This document shows positions 42,783-53,986 of a stretch of 57,698 nucleotides of DNA, piece after piece; position 1 is the first letter of the stretch; every line of letters starts with the position of its first letter. The notes under the pieces were generated by a model. That model saw only the letters and a list, made by a program, of their open reading frames with translations. It did no database searches and was not told where the DNA came from. Origin of the DNA: a virus (Duplodnaviria > Caudoviricetes); the IMG/VR virus record IMGVR_UViG_3300032053_000088, positions 1-57,698 of that record; one strand, written 5' to 3'. A program made the translations under genes and the position numbers.

Positions 42783-43946
42783 ATGAGTGAAAAACGAATA
42801 TCTGAATTAGTAAAACTACCAGCAGGCAGTATTCAAGGCACCGATTTGATGGTAATAAACGATGTTAGTGCTCTTGAAACTAAGAAAATTGCGATAGATG
42901 ACATCATTAGTTATATGGGTGCTAGCGGAAGTTTTATAGCTACTACAGCAGCCACAGCTCTTACTGCGTCATACATCAATCCCGTAAACGTTGGTCTCAT
43001 TCCATCATCTAGTTTTTCTATATCATCTTCTCATGTAATAATATCGGATACATCGTTTAATTCTACGTCAGCATCATTTTTAATATATAGTAATGCAAAT
43101 GGATCGGCTTCTTATGCAGTATCGTGTTCTTATGCTTTGGTGGTCACTTCTCTTTCTTCGGCTAGTTATGCAACATCTGCATCACACGCTTTGGTTGCCA
43201 AGTCGTCGTCATTTTTAGTTTATACAGGTGTTTATAACGGAACATCATCTTATGGTGTGAATAGTTTATCATCATCATATTCAACGTTATCTGATACCGC
43301 ATCGTATTTTAATTCTTCTATCGGAAATGTAAGCACAGCATCACACGCTGGATTTGCGAAAAGTTCAAGTTATTTGAATTATGATGGAGTGAAACCAACA
43401 GGAACAGCATCGTATGCGGTCATCGCTGCCACGAGTTTATTAGCGAACACGGCATCGTTAGCTACGGAGTTGGATGGATATATGCCTTTTGGTCCAAGAG
43501 GTAAAAATCCATTTTCAGGATCACAACTTAATTCATCTGCTAGTCAACATATAGAAATAGTTCCAGGGGGAACCACTGCCAAAGATACGTTTATTCAAGC
43601 TTGGGGAGATATGTGGTATCCGATTGTTAATGCTATGCCTGATAAACCCGCGTCGTTAAGTTTACATCTTTATGATTATGCTGCTTCTACAACTACATCT
43701 TTGGATAGAATAGTTCCTGTAATGGTTGGTATTGTTACCCCAACGGCAAGTGTTTATGCTCCATTTAATTTGATGGGTACAGCTTCTTTAGCATTATCAG
43801 GAAGTTATACGGTAGTAGTATCTGGTTCGGATTTGAGATCAATAAGCACTCCCGAACATTGGGTGACATTATCTCCATATAGACCTATAAACTTTGTAAT
43901 CACAACAAAGAGTAGAAGAGTGAACTTCACCATACCAATAGTATAA
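42783..43946 (+). CDS. Ser/Ala-rich tail fibre-like protein
   Basis: KRISEL N-terminus, repeated SASYA motifs. Confidence 0.7.
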   Translation: MSEKRISELVKLPAGSIQGTDLMVINDVSALETKKIAIDDIISYMGASGSFIATTAATALTASYINPVNVGLIPSSSFSISSSHVIISDTSFNSTSASFLIYSNANGSASYAVSCSYALVVTSLSSASYATSASHALVAKSSSFLVYTGVYNGTSSYGVNSLSSSYSTLSDTASYFNSSIGNVSTASHAGFAKSSSYLNYDGVKPTGTASYAVIAATSLLANTASLATELDGYMPFGPRGKNPFSGSQLNSSASQHIEIVPGGTTAKDTFIQAWGDMWYPIVNAMPDKPASLSLHLYDYAASTTTSLDRIVPVMVGIVTPTASVYAPFNLMGTASLALSGSYTVVVSGSDLRSISTPEHWVTLSPYRPINFVITTKSRRVNFTIPIV

Positions 43947-43955
43947 AATAAATTT

Positions 43956-45167
43956 ATGTCATCCATTAAAATTAGTCAATTAATTAGATTTTCGAGTATA
44001 TCTTCCGAAGATTTTATTCCCTTGGTTGATAGCAGTTCCTTGACTACTTATCATTCTACAATCGAAACATTTAATAGTTGGTCAGCAGCCAGTGGAAGTT
44101 CATTTAGTAGTATATCCGCATCATATGCTGTATCTGCTTCAAGGTCTGAAATGGGCCTGACGGCATCTTATGCTATTTCTTCCTCAAAGGCCCAATCAGG
44201 ATCATATTCTGAAACGTCTTCATACGCTTGGTTGAGCCCCACTTCATCGTTTGCAATTACTACAAGTTATGCATATGGTGGATCGGTTGATAGTTCTTCT
44301 TATGCTTTAACGTCATCTATGGCTTGGACATCTTCTCATGCTTTGGTGGCTAGCAGTTCCATTACAGCATCATTTGCGTTAGCTATTCAAACTCAGGGAG
44401 CATCAATTATTCCAGGTGTAGTTCCGATTGGAACTTTAATAGATTTTGCCGGCATAACAAATCCAGATCCAACAATTTGGGCTATATGTTCAGGTAGCGC
44501 TGTAAGTAGAACAGGAATTTATGTAGCTTTGTTTGCGGTTATTGGAGAAACGTGGGGAGCTGGAGATACTACGACCACGTTTAACTTGCCTGACTTAAGA
44601 AAGAGAATGAGTTTGGGGGCCTTTGATATGCCAGCTGCTGCCGATGTTACTCCTCCTGGATCTGCATCTTGGATTACAGGATCTGTAGGAACAAGAGCCG
44701 GCGGAGAGTGGTATAATCAACATTATCATTGCTCTGCACATCAATATGTTCCTATTAATACCTCCGATATGGCGCGAGGAGACAATCCTCTATTTTATTG
44801 GCATGGAAGACAAATAAAAACTCCTCTTCGCTTGGCTGCTCCTAGTATAGGAGAACAACAAAATAGAGAATCGTGGCTACCATGCAAGCCGTGGCTTTCT
44901 GAAGCTAATTTATTTACACTGTGGGTATACGGAAATCTCGGCCACGCTAATTTCCCCCAACCGTTTGGAACTGACGGGTCGGATGGATATTCGCCGGCAA
45001 TTCCAGGACTAAATGATTATGCCTTGCTTATGACTACATTTGGAATAGCTCAAACACAATCGGCCAATTATGATGGGTCCAAATCCACCCTACAAAATCA
45101 AGATTCTTCCAGAGTAGATTTGTCAATGCCTTTCGCAGTATGTAATAAGTTGATTCGCTTCGCATAA
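43956..45167 (+). CDS. Tail collar domain fibre protein
   Basis: PIGTLIDFAG...LFAVIG..WGAGD..TTFNLPDLR. Confidence 0.85.
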   Translation: MSSIKISQLIRFSSISSEDFIPLVDSSSLTTYHSTIETFNSWSAASGSSFSSISASYAVSASRSEMGLTASYAISSSKAQSGSYSETSSYAWLSPTSSFAITTSYAYGGSVDSSSYALTSSMAWTSSHALVASSSITASFALAIQTQGASIIPGVVPIGTLIDFAGITNPDPTIWAICSGSAVSRTGIYVALFAVIGETWGAGDTTTTFNLPDLRKRMSLGAFDMPAAADVTPPGSASWITGSVGTRAGGEWYNQHYHCSAHQYVPINTSDMARGDNPLFYWHGRQIKTPLRLAAPSIGEQQNRESWLPCKPWLSEANLFTLWVYGNLGHANFPQPFGTDGSDGYSPAIPGLNDYALLMTTFGIAQTQSANYDGSKSTLQNQDSSRVDLSMPFAVCNKLIRFA

Positions 45168-45435
45168 AAATAAAAAATATAATTAGTTGACAAATTCTTC
45201 TAATAGGACTAAATTTATTCATAATAAGTTGGCGTTTATTTAATGATTAGACTATATATGCTTCTGACGGAGTCCGTATAAGTCAAAACTTATGATGAAT
45301 CAAGAAGATATAAATGAAATTGTCAAGTTGTTAATAAGTGCTATTAAAACTCAAGATTGGGAAGTTGTAGACGAAGCGTTAGAATATCTAAAAGAGTTTC
45401 AAGACGACCCCTACGACGAAGAAGAATAATAAGTT

Positions 45436-45732
45436 ATGTTAACGTTGATACTTTGTTTGGTGTTTCTTTTAATTTTGTTATGTGGTTCGGGATTTTTAAA
45501 TATTATTTTATTTAAGAAAGCAGAACTGCAACTTAGTCGATCAGAAATACACGAAACGTGGATAATAGAATTCAGAAAAGACGTAGAACACATCTATAAT
45601 TCTATGAAAGATATAGATAATAGACAGATGTTTGAAAAAGATGATGATGTAGGCGTTATTTTTCAAGAAATGGTAGAACTTATTAATAAGTTAAATTCCC
45701 GATCTCAAGATCAAGAAGAAATTGAAAGATAA
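45436..45732 (+). CDS. Membrane-anchored hypothetical protein
   Basis: N-terminal TM; FEKDDDVG. Confidence 0.7.
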   Translation: MLTLILCLVFLLILLCGSGFLNIILFKKAELQLSRSEIHETWIIEFRKDVEHIYNSMKDIDNRQMFEKDDDVGVIFQEMVELINKLNSRSQDQEEIER

Positions 45733-46651
45733 TGGAAATATGAAACAACAAAAAAACATACTCAGCAAGATTCGTTTACCAAAATATAAACCGCGAAAAA
45801 CAAATAGACCCACTAAAAAAGTTAACAACACACCACCGTTGTCAACAGTCAAGAAAATAAAACAAAAGAAAAATCTTCCTTGTGTAGAAATACAACCAAT
45901 AACCATTGAACCGGAAAAGAAGGTTAGAAAATCGAGACGTAGTAAATCTCCATCGATGAGCAAAATGTATTTCACCGACGATACGGAACTGGCTATAATG
46001 GAATATAATAGAGAAACCAATATAGAAAATAGAGAAGTTATATTTAATACACGAATACAACACCCGTTTGAAAAATTGGTGGAAAATATTTTTAATACCT
46101 TTAAATTTTCTTATTTTGAAACCGGCCCACTGGATGTTCAGAAGGAAACGGTTTCTCATTTGGTGGCTAACATTCATAAATTCGATTCTCAAAAGGGGAA
46201 AGCGTTTTCATATTTTTCTATTGTAGCTAAAAATTATCTAATATTTCTAAATAACTCTACATATAAGAGATTTAATCAGCACGTTGATATAACGGAAGAA
46301 AGAGAAGATAACAAAATTCAATTACAATGTGAAGACGGCCATTTTAAACAGGTTGAATTGAAGGAGTTCATGTTACTGATGGTTCGATTTTGGGATAACA
46401 ATATCAATAAAATCTTTATAAAACAGAGAGATTTGGGGATAGCAAACGCTATAATAGAATTGTTACGACATTCTGACCGTGTAGACGCCTTTAATAAGAA
46501 GGCGTTGTATCTTTACATCAGAGAGATTTCCAATTGCAAAACTCAACAAATTACTAAGGTTATAAATAAAATGAAGCAATATCACTTAAATATTGCTAAA
46601 ACCTACCTCAATGTAGGATTCATAAATACTAACACTTATATAAATTCCTAA
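45722..46651 (+). CDS. Phage sigma factor, gp55-like late sigma (start uncertain)
   Basis: MYFT...AI..YN; KFD..KGKAFSYFSIVAKNYLI region-2-like motif. Confidence 0.7.
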   Translation: MKDNGNMKQQKNILSKIRLPKYKPRKTNRPTKKVNNTPPLSTVKKIKQKKNLPCVEIQPITIEPEKKVRKSRRSKSPSMSKMYFTDDTELAIMEYNRETNIENREVIFNTRIQHPFEKLVENIFNTFKFSYFETGPLDVQKETVSHLVANIHKFDSQKGKAFSYFSIVAKNYLIFLNNSTYKRFNQHVDITEEREDNKIQLQCEDGHFKQVELKEFMLLMVRFWDNNINKIFIKQRDLGIANAIIELLRHSDRVDAFNKKALYLYIREISNCKTQQITKVINKMKQYHLNIAKTYLNVGFINTNTYINS

Positions 46652-46679
46652 AAATACCCATATAAATATATTTATTGAT

Positions 46680-47063
46680 ATGAGTATGGATTTTGAAATT
46701 TATAGCGGTAAGTCATTCCAAGATTTGTGTAGAGACATAGTTTCTAATCAGGAACATCGAAAAGAACAAGTTGAAAGCATGATGGGAGATTTGCGACCAT
46801 TGATCAAAACTGTTGAAGATGCTATGCGGGTGGTTCCACTGATAAGATTATACATGGATGTTGGAGTGCATAATGATGAACATCTTGTAAGATTAGCATC
46901 AATCGTTCAAAAAATCATATCATCTAAAGTAGAATCTGGAGATAATAGTGGATCTTTGACTGCAGATGAAAGGGAACAACTACTCAAACAGGTAGAGGAT
47001 GAAGTTAAACAGATAGAAAAAGAACAGGCTATCATGGTCAGATCTGTAAAGAAAGATCAATAA
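46680..47063 (+). CDS. Hypothetical protein
   Basis: 127-aa ORF. Confidence 0.75.
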   Translation: MSMDFEIYSGKSFQDLCRDIVSNQEHRKEQVESMMGDLRPLIKTVEDAMRVVPLIRLYMDVGVHNDEHLVRLASIVQKIISSKVESGDNSGSLTADEREQLLKQVEDEVKQIEKEQAIMVRSVKKDQ

Positions 47064-47064
47064 C

Positions 47065-48717
47065 ATGGCATATTGGGATTCAAAAACAAATAAGTCTTCT
47101 GCTCGATTAGACAATTTTGGGTTGGGGTCAAACGGTGGTACCGACGCACCTGTGCCATTTTATGAATTTGAACCTGCTGTAGTTTTAGATTCGGTTTTGG
47201 ATAATACACATATTATATTCAAAACTAACGTTGCGCCGATAGATACTAATCACTGGCCTCCCAATGTTAACGGAAAATCTCCTTTGCCAGTCGAATTTGA
47301 TTATTCGTGGGTAGGAAGGGTGTTGGTAAGAATGTTATATACGCAGAAAAACGTTGAAAAAGAGGAGTTAATATGGGCGTATCCTCTAGAATCAGGGTTT
47401 TCAGAATATCCGGTTGTAAATGAGATTGTGTCGGTAGTAAAATATTTAGACAAATTTTTCTACACAAGAAAAGTTAATTATTTCAATTTTCCTAACAATA
47501 ACGTCGATTTTAATCAAGAAGTATCTAGTGGAGGTTATCTAACTTCTGATAAAAGAGTGATCGGCAACAGAGAATTGATGACCGGCTCTAAGGAAGCGTA
47601 TAGACCGTATGTTGGGCCGAAAAGTCAAACTCGACTCGGCGGCGGGTATGGATATGAAGGTGCTATGGGGCGGTATTTTCATACAAATTATCGTATTAGA
47701 TATTTGAAAAGAAGAGAGGGAGATTTGATAGTTGAAAGCCGATTCGGACAATCCATCCGGATGGGTTCGTATGATGACAACAGAGAAAATGACAAAGGAT
47801 ATAATGAAGATTTTCCTGGTTATAAAGATTACAAAGGGCCTGGCAGCGGAAGTGGATACAAAAACATAGATGGTAAAATTTATGAATCAGGCGGTGGAAA
47901 TCCAATGATATTGATAAGAAACCGTCAACGACCTGTTGGTCCAAAAGGTAGTAATAAAATATACGAAAATTTACCACCGATAGAGAATAAAGACGAAGAA
48001 AAAGATGCTGCCGGATATGTTGTTGAAGATGTAAATAATGATGGAACGTCTATTCACATTACATCAGGAACCACCAAAAGTAGTTTCGTAACCAACTGTT
48101 TTAAAAAAATGTGGGGGACCGGCGAAGAAATACCCGCTTTTCAACCTATTGGATCGACTTCTTTTATTTTTCCAAAGCTGGTCGGTGATCAAATTGTAAT
48201 TCATAGCGATAGAGTCATTTTGGCAGCAAGAACTGGAGAAACCTTTCATTATTCTAAAAAAAGGTATGCTGTGGTCACTGATAGTGAATACACCGTGGAT
48301 GCTCAAAATCAAATTGTTTTGACCACTAATAATAAAACCATTATAAATTCTCCAGCTATTTATTTAGGAGAGTATGATAAGACAGATGAGCCTGTGTTAT
48401 TGGGACAAACTACTGTAAATTGGTTGTCTGATTTATGTGAGTGGTTGTTAGTTCATACACATTGGTATTATCATACTAATCGTAAGGCCGGCGGTGCTTC
48501 ACCGTCAAGTACGCAATTGACGGTTGAAACGGAGAAGTTAGTGTTGTTGCAGAATAAGTTAAACACATTAATGAGCCGAAGAGTGTTTGTAACTGGAGGC
48601 GGATCGTCGCCTGGTCAAAATGGTGGTAAAATAACAAACGGAACTGCTCCGGTGAGAGTAGATCCAGCATCTGGTGCTGGTGTTCCGGGGGGATTTAAAG
48701 GAAAAAATAAAAGTTAA
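47065..48717 (+). CDS. Baseplate hub/spike (gp5/VgrG-like)
   Basis: EGDLIVESRFGQSIR, QIVIHSDRV, EPVLLG, HTH near C-terminus. Confidence 0.7.
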   Translation: MAYWDSKTNKSSARLDNFGLGSNGGTDAPVPFYEFEPAVVLDSVLDNTHIIFKTNVAPIDTNHWPPNVNGKSPLPVEFDYSWVGRVLVRMLYTQKNVEKEELIWAYPLESGFSEYPVVNEIVSVVKYLDKFFYTRKVNYFNFPNNNVDFNQEVSSGGYLTSDKRVIGNRELMTGSKEAYRPYVGPKSQTRLGGGYGYEGAMGRYFHTNYRIRYLKRREGDLIVESRFGQSIRMGSYDDNRENDKGYNEDFPGYKDYKGPGSGSGYKNIDGKIYESGGGNPMILIRNRQRPVGPKGSNKIYENLPPIENKDEEKDAAGYVVEDVNNDGTSIHITSGTTKSSFVTNCFKKMWGTGEEIPAFQPIGSTSFIFPKLVGDQIVIHSDRVILAARTGETFHYSKKRYAVVTDSEYTVDAQNQIVLTTNNKTIINSPAIYLGEYDKTDEPVLLGQTTVNWLSDLCEWLLVHTHWYYHTNRKAGGASPSSTQLTVETEKLVLLQNKLNTLMSRRVFVTGGGSSPGQNGGKITNGTAPVRVDPASGAGVPGGFKGKNKS

Positions 48718-48725
48718 AAAGATAT

Positions 48726-49367
48726 ATGAAAGCTAATGAATTAAAAAAATTGATCGGAGAAGTTGTTAAAAAAGAAATAAAACAACAGGTCATCCAAGAA
48801 GTAAATAAAGCATTATCTCATATAATCGCTGAACTTATTAAAAGTAAGTCGGCGCCTGCATCTACCAAAAGTAAACCAGCACCGGCTCTGCCACACCGGG
48901 AAATATCGGAAGATGCTAGAAAGATATTGGATGATGCTGATCATCTACTTAACGAATCGGTATCGAACCCCCCAACCCCAAAAATAAAGATTAGCACAGG
49001 AAATCCAATGTTGGATGCTGCGTTGGCGGAAACAGCAAAAACGTATACTCCAAATTCACAACCAACAGGAGAATTTAATAATAACTTGTCAAATTTAATA
49101 AGCAGCGGATTTGATAAAATCGGAAATGAAGAAGAGGCAATTACAACCAAATCGAATCGAAACGTGCCAAAAACTAACATTGGGCGATTGAGAGAAATTG
49201 TGTCGGAGGCTTCGTGTAATCCCTCCGTCACCGAAACTGCCGTAGTTCCTGATGCGTTGAAAAAAATATTCAATAGAGATTTTCGCAGTTTGATGAAAGC
49301 TATCGATCAGAAAAAGAATGCCGGACCTACTGGAATTATCGATCCTTCTAAAGTAATAAGTGGATAA
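48726..49367 (+). CDS. Hypothetical protein
   Basis: MKANELKKLIGE N-terminus; RDFRSLMKAID. Confidence 0.75.
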   Translation: MKANELKKLIGEVVKKEIKQQVIQEVNKALSHIIAELIKSKSAPASTKSKPAPALPHREISEDARKILDDADHLLNESVSNPPTPKIKISTGNPMLDAALAETAKTYTPNSQPTGEFNNNLSNLISSGFDKIGNEEEAITTKSNRNVPKTNIGRLREIVSEASCNPSVTETAVVPDALKKIFNRDFRSLMKAIDQKKNAGPTGIIDPSKVISG

Positions 49368-49370
49368 TAT

Positions 49371-49772
49371 ATGGAAAACAACAAACCCATCGGAATAATA
49401 TTACCAATTAGAAATGGTAACGGTGGTTATTTTGATCAGTCATTTGACACTCTCACTCAAGTAAAGTCTAATATTTATAATTTATTAAGTACCAGACCAG
49501 GAGAAAGAAGAATGCAGCCCACGTTTGGGTCTAGGTTGTGGAGCCTCGTTTTTGAACAAAGTATAGAAGAAATTTCAGAAATAGCTGTAAATATTATAAA
49601 AGAAGACATAGCATCTTGGATTCCTGGAGTAACAGTGGTAAATGTTACTACAGCGTTATTAAAAAACGAAGATAAAGATATTTATAAATTGAATATATCT
49701 GTTTTATTTGCATTAAACATCGGACAACAGACATCCACGGTAGATATAACAATCGATAATATGACGATATAA
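49371..49772 (+). CDS. Baseplate wedge protein gp25-like
   Basis: NLLSTRPGERRMQPTFGS. Confidence 0.9.
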   Translation: MENNKPIGIILPIRNGNGGYFDQSFDTLTQVKSNIYNLLSTRPGERRMQPTFGSRLWSLVFEQSIEEISEIAVNIIKEDIASWIPGVTVVNVTTALLKNEDKDIYKLNISVLFALNIGQQTSTVDITIDNMTI

Positions 49773-49778
49773 AATTGT

Positions 49779-51761
49779 ATGGCAACAAAAACGAACAAAT
49801 TATTTACTCCAAAAAGCAGAGAAGTCAAATATCTCAATAAAGATTTTTCTCAGTTTAAAGACGCTCTCATAGACTTTGCAAAATATTATTTTCCAAACAC
49901 ATATAGAGATTTTTCTGATTCTTCTCCAGGAATGATGTTTATTGAAATGGCATCGTATGTTGGCGATGTGTTATCATATTATACAGATTATGTATTTAAA
50001 GAAAGTATTCTATCTGAAACCAAAGAAAGAAGAAACATCATTTCTTTGGCCAGATATTTGGGTTACAAAGTAAAACCGGCTAGAGCGTCTGCGGGAAAAG
50101 TAGATGTGTATCAACTTATACCACCAAAAGAAGAAAATGGAGAATATTCTCCAAATTATGATTATGCTCTTAATATTAGAGAGAACATGCAAGTGTCAAA
50201 CAATGCTGGATCGACGTTTTTGACCTCAGAACCTGTTAACTTTTCTGTTGACACAGATTCTTCTCCATTAGAAATATCCGTTTATTCAAGAGGAACATCA
50301 AACATCCCAACTTTCTTTTTGTTGAAAAAAACTGTTAACATAAGATCGGGTAAAATAATAAAAAAGAATTTTTCGGTGGGTGGTAAACAATCATTTTTAA
50401 GATTGACATTAGACGAAGATAATGTATTGGAAATCATCAGCGTGACAGATTCTGACAACAATAAATGGTATGAGGTAGACTATTTAGCACAAGATGTGGT
50501 GTTGTCTGGGGTTCCAAATGATGATAATATAGAAGGACATTTGGCTCAATATAAAGACACCGTTCCATATATCCTCAAATATTTGAGAACGTCTAAACGA
50601 TTTACTACCAACGTTAATGAAAATAATAAAACATACTTGGAATTTGGCGCTGGTTCTACGGAAGTATCAGATCAGTTAGTCAATATCAGTTCTCAAAAAG
50701 TGGGCGTAGGATTATCTAACTTTAATAGTTTAAATATTCCTCTTGATCCATCCAATTTTTTGAATAATGATTCTTATGGATTGTCTCCAGCCAATACTAT
50801 TATAACCGTCACGTATTCCATAGGTGGCGGATATGAAGCCAATTCTCCGTCAAACGGAATTACCAACACCGATTCCTATGAAATGGAAAATTCCACCGAA
50901 GGAATGACGCCGGATGAAATAAACTTGTTAAATACAGTTCGTTCTTCGTTACGAGTTAACAACGAAGAAGCTACCACCGGTGGCAAAGGAGAAGAAACAA
51001 ACGAAGAAATAAAACAAAATGCGGTAGCGCTGTTTGCCGCTCAAAATAGATCTGTAACTAGAGACGATTATTTAATGAGATTATATTCACTTCCAGCAAA
51101 ATATGGAACGATTGCTAAAGCGCATATAACCACTAATAACTCGTTGGAAGTTGGTGAAAAACAGATTTTGGTTGGTACTGTGTCGGGAAGTTTAGCTACC
51201 GTAGATAAAACTAATGTAGAAGAATATCTTAGAAAAATTGTTTATGATAGAAGTAACCCATTTGCTATCAACGCTTATATTTTAACATACGATTCCAATA
51301 AGAATCTGATTGTATCAAATACTGCTCTAATCAATAATTTATTAAATTATATGAAACAGTATAGAATATTGACCGATAGCATTAACTTTATCGATGGATA
51401 TGTGATTAATATTGGTGTAGAGTTTTCTATTAAAGTTTATAAAGGATATAATAAAAAAGAAATTTTGACAAATGTTCTCGATACCGTCAAAGGATTTTTT
51501 AATATCGATCAGTGGGAAATGAATCAACCAATCAATTTAAGCCAACTTAGGTTGGAAATAGCAAATGTAGAAGGAGTTCAATCCATTGTATCGCTAACTG
51601 TAAAAAACAAAACGCCTCTTACTACTGGTGGTCAAAATTATTCGTCAGTAGAATATGATATTGAGGCGGCTTCTAAAGATGATATAATTTATCCATCTTT
51701 GGACCCGTGTATATTCGAAGTAAAATATCCTGATAGCGATATAAAAGGAACTGTGTTGTAA
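49779..51761 (+). CDS. Baseplate wedge protein gp6/J-like
   Basis: YLNKDF, ASYVGDVLSYY, AQNRSVTRDDY. Confidence 0.9.
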   Translation: MATKTNKLFTPKSREVKYLNKDFSQFKDALIDFAKYYFPNTYRDFSDSSPGMMFIEMASYVGDVLSYYTDYVFKESILSETKERRNIISLARYLGYKVKPARASAGKVDVYQLIPPKEENGEYSPNYDYALNIRENMQVSNNAGSTFLTSEPVNFSVDTDSSPLEISVYSRGTSNIPTFFLLKKTVNIRSGKIIKKNFSVGGKQSFLRLTLDEDNVLEIISVTDSDNNKWYEVDYLAQDVVLSGVPNDDNIEGHLAQYKDTVPYILKYLRTSKRFTTNVNENNKTYLEFGAGSTEVSDQLVNISSQKVGVGLSNFNSLNIPLDPSNFLNNDSYGLSPANTIITVTYSIGGGYEANSPSNGITNTDSYEMENSTEGMTPDEINLLNTVRSSLRVNNEEATTGGKGEETNEEIKQNAVALFAAQNRSVTRDDYLMRLYSLPAKYGTIAKAHITTNNSLEVGEKQILVGTVSGSLATVDKTNVEEYLRKIVYDRSNPFAINAYILTYDSNKNLIVSNTALINNLLNYMKQYRILTDSINFIDGYVINIGVEFSIKVYKGYNKKEILTNVLDTVKGFFNIDQWEMNQPINLSQLRLEIANVEGVQSIVSLTVKNKTPLTTGGQNYSSVEYDIEAASKDDIIYPSLDPCIFEVKYPDSDIKGTVL

Positions 51762-51770
51762 GAAAGACTT

Positions 51771-53984
51771 ATGCATCATTTTATTTATTCAGATAAAGAT
51801 ACCTACCTCACCAATCAAACATATTTACCAAACAAAAATTTTGGGTTGGATGAGATATTGAGAGTGGGCACTTCGACGGTTACTACGAAAGTGACCTCAC
51901 CAACTAAGACACAAACTTACAACGGAGGATTAGTTCAAAACACATATTTATATAGGTTCACCGGGTCTGTCTCATCTGCTTCTTTTTGTGGAACCGTAGA
52001 TTATGCGTCGGGAAGTATAATCGGAAGTGCAATCACTACGTCATTTCAAGCTGAATATTTTTCTGGAAGTTTATCGGGAACATTTGTTGGATGGATGATG
52101 CCAGGAGCTATATCCGTAAATTCGTCTTCTGAAACGTATTCAGGAAGTTTGATCAATTTCAGTGGAAGCGTTTCATCTAGCAATTATATTAACGGGTTTG
52201 TTTCAGGAAATTTGATTACATATTATTCGGCAAGCAGCGATACAAACACCGTATTTTCCATGTTTTCAACCTATAACGGAATATTAAGTGGATCAACGGG
52301 AACAATGTTATATGGATATTTGACCGGAGATGATGTAACTAACGTTCAAAACATACAACTACAAACTAAGAAGTTTATGGAAAGATCGTTGTTATACTTC
52401 GATTTAGCAGAAATATCAAAATCCATAGTAGATGGCAGCATAACCGCCCCACAATTCACGCTTCGTCTTAGAGTTTCAAGAGAAGAAAATCTTCCGGTAA
52501 CGTTTAGTTTATACGCCTTCCCTGTTAGTCAAAGTTGGGAAATGGGTGACGGATATCTATCAGACGGAAATGGATCGTTAAAAGGTGCCAGTTGGAACTT
52601 TAAAAATTACTATTCTGGAAGTTCGTGGTATCCGTATACTGATACATTAGCTTTATCACCTATTAACTTCGTATCTAATCCGGACTCAGCTACTGAATCG
52701 TTCGCTCGCGGTGGCGGAACGTGGCATACATCTTCAGCATATATTTGTAGCCAATCGTTTGATTACGAATCCTCGGATATATCGATGAGCGTTAACAGAA
52801 TTGTGTTGCCGTGGTTAAGTGGAACAATTCCAAATGAAGGATTTATACTCGTCACATCAGATGAGTTTACTTACACGGGATCGCAAATGAGTCTGTTGTA
52901 TTTTAGCCACGATTCCAATACAATTTATCAACCATATTTAGATACTGCTTGGAATGACAGTAGTTGGGTGACAGGTAGTATTACAACTTCTAGCGTTGTG
53001 ATTTCGATTCGTCCTGCTGGAGTTAGTGGAAGTTTGATTAGTGGTTCGTCAATCACCGGCAGTAGCGTCAGCGGAAGTTTTACAGGCCAAGGTGAAATAC
53101 ATTATGATACTAATACATCGGCAAGTGGGTTTGTTTATCTTCAAGGATCAGGCGGGACGATTAACGGAGTTACTATATTAGGAGATATAACGGGGTCAAA
53201 AATAAGTTCTACGTTGATGGCTACTTTAATTAACGGAGATTTTAGTGCCAGTGTAATAACAGCTAGTATAGATGCGTTAAACTATTTACTTACCGCGGGA
53301 ACTATTACTGGTTCTTGGAGTGGAGCACATCTGATGAGTAGTTCGATCAGTCAAAGCATCGGAACAGGATTTAACTCCCGTGTATTCGTAGACATTTCAG
53401 GAAGTTATATCACCGGCAAAGCATTGGGAGTCTATACATCTAACGTAAATCTTCCAACCGGAAGCGGAACTTTTAACGGCGTATTTGTTAATGGGGTTTA
53501 CGCTGGAGCGTCGGTGTTTGCCACATTTAGTGGAAGCGCTTTAACATCGTCATATTCTTATACATCAAGCGTCGAATATGAGAACAATTCTTTGGACCCT
53601 CTACAAACTAACAAACCGTTTGCGGTGGTTGTTCAAAACATTCCATCAAAAATTAGTGGTGATAATATAGTTCGTATTAACGTGTTTGGCAGAGAAGAAT
53701 TCCCACTTAAGAATTTTACAAGAGCGACCCAACTTACACAATATTTGACGCCTAAGTATTTACCATTAACATCATTTTATGCTATTAAGGATAATGAAAC
53801 GGAATATATGATATTACCGTTTGATGCTTACACAAACTTAAGCTGCGATGTAAACGGGAATTATTTTTTGTTAGATGCTACAGGGATTCCACAAGAAAGG
53901 TATTACCGATTGTTAATTAAGGTAGAACAAAGTGGGTCTACATATACATTCGATAATAATAATGTATTCAAAATTATAAGATAA
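51771..53984 (+). CDS. Baseplate/tail-associated structural protein
   Basis: KDTY...NFGLDEIL, RSLLYFD; Gly/Ser-rich inserts. Confidence 0.7.
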   Translation: MHHFIYSDKDTYLTNQTYLPNKNFGLDEILRVGTSTVTTKVTSPTKTQTYNGGLVQNTYLYRFTGSVSSASFCGTVDYASGSIIGSAITTSFQAEYFSGSLSGTFVGWMMPGAISVNSSSETYSGSLINFSGSVSSSNYINGFVSGNLITYYSASSDTNTVFSMFSTYNGILSGSTGTMLYGYLTGDDVTNVQNIQLQTKKFMERSLLYFDLAEISKSIVDGSITAPQFTLRLRVSREENLPVTFSLYAFPVSQSWEMGDGYLSDGNGSLKGASWNFKNYYSGSSWYPYTDTLALSPINFVSNPDSATESFARGGGTWHTSSAYICSQSFDYESSDISMSVNRIVLPWLSGTIPNEGFILVTSDEFTYTGSQMSLLYFSHDSNTIYQPYLDTAWNDSSWVTGSITTSSVVISIRPAGVSGSLISGSSITGSSVSGSFTGQGEIHYDTNTSASGFVYLQGSGGTINGVTILGDITGSKISSTLMATLINGDFSASVITASIDALNYLLTAGTITGSWSGAHLMSSSISQSIGTGFNSRVFVDISGSYITGKALGVYTSNVNLPTGSGTFNGVFVNGVYAGASVFATFSGSALTSSYSYTSSVEYENNSLDPLQTNKPFAVVVQNIPSKISGDNIVRINVFGREEFPLKNFTRATQLTQYLTPKYLPLTSFYAIKDNETEYMILPFDAYTNLSCDVNGNYFLLDATGIPQERYYRLLIKVEQSGSTYTFDNNNVFKIIR

Positions 53985-53986
53985 TT

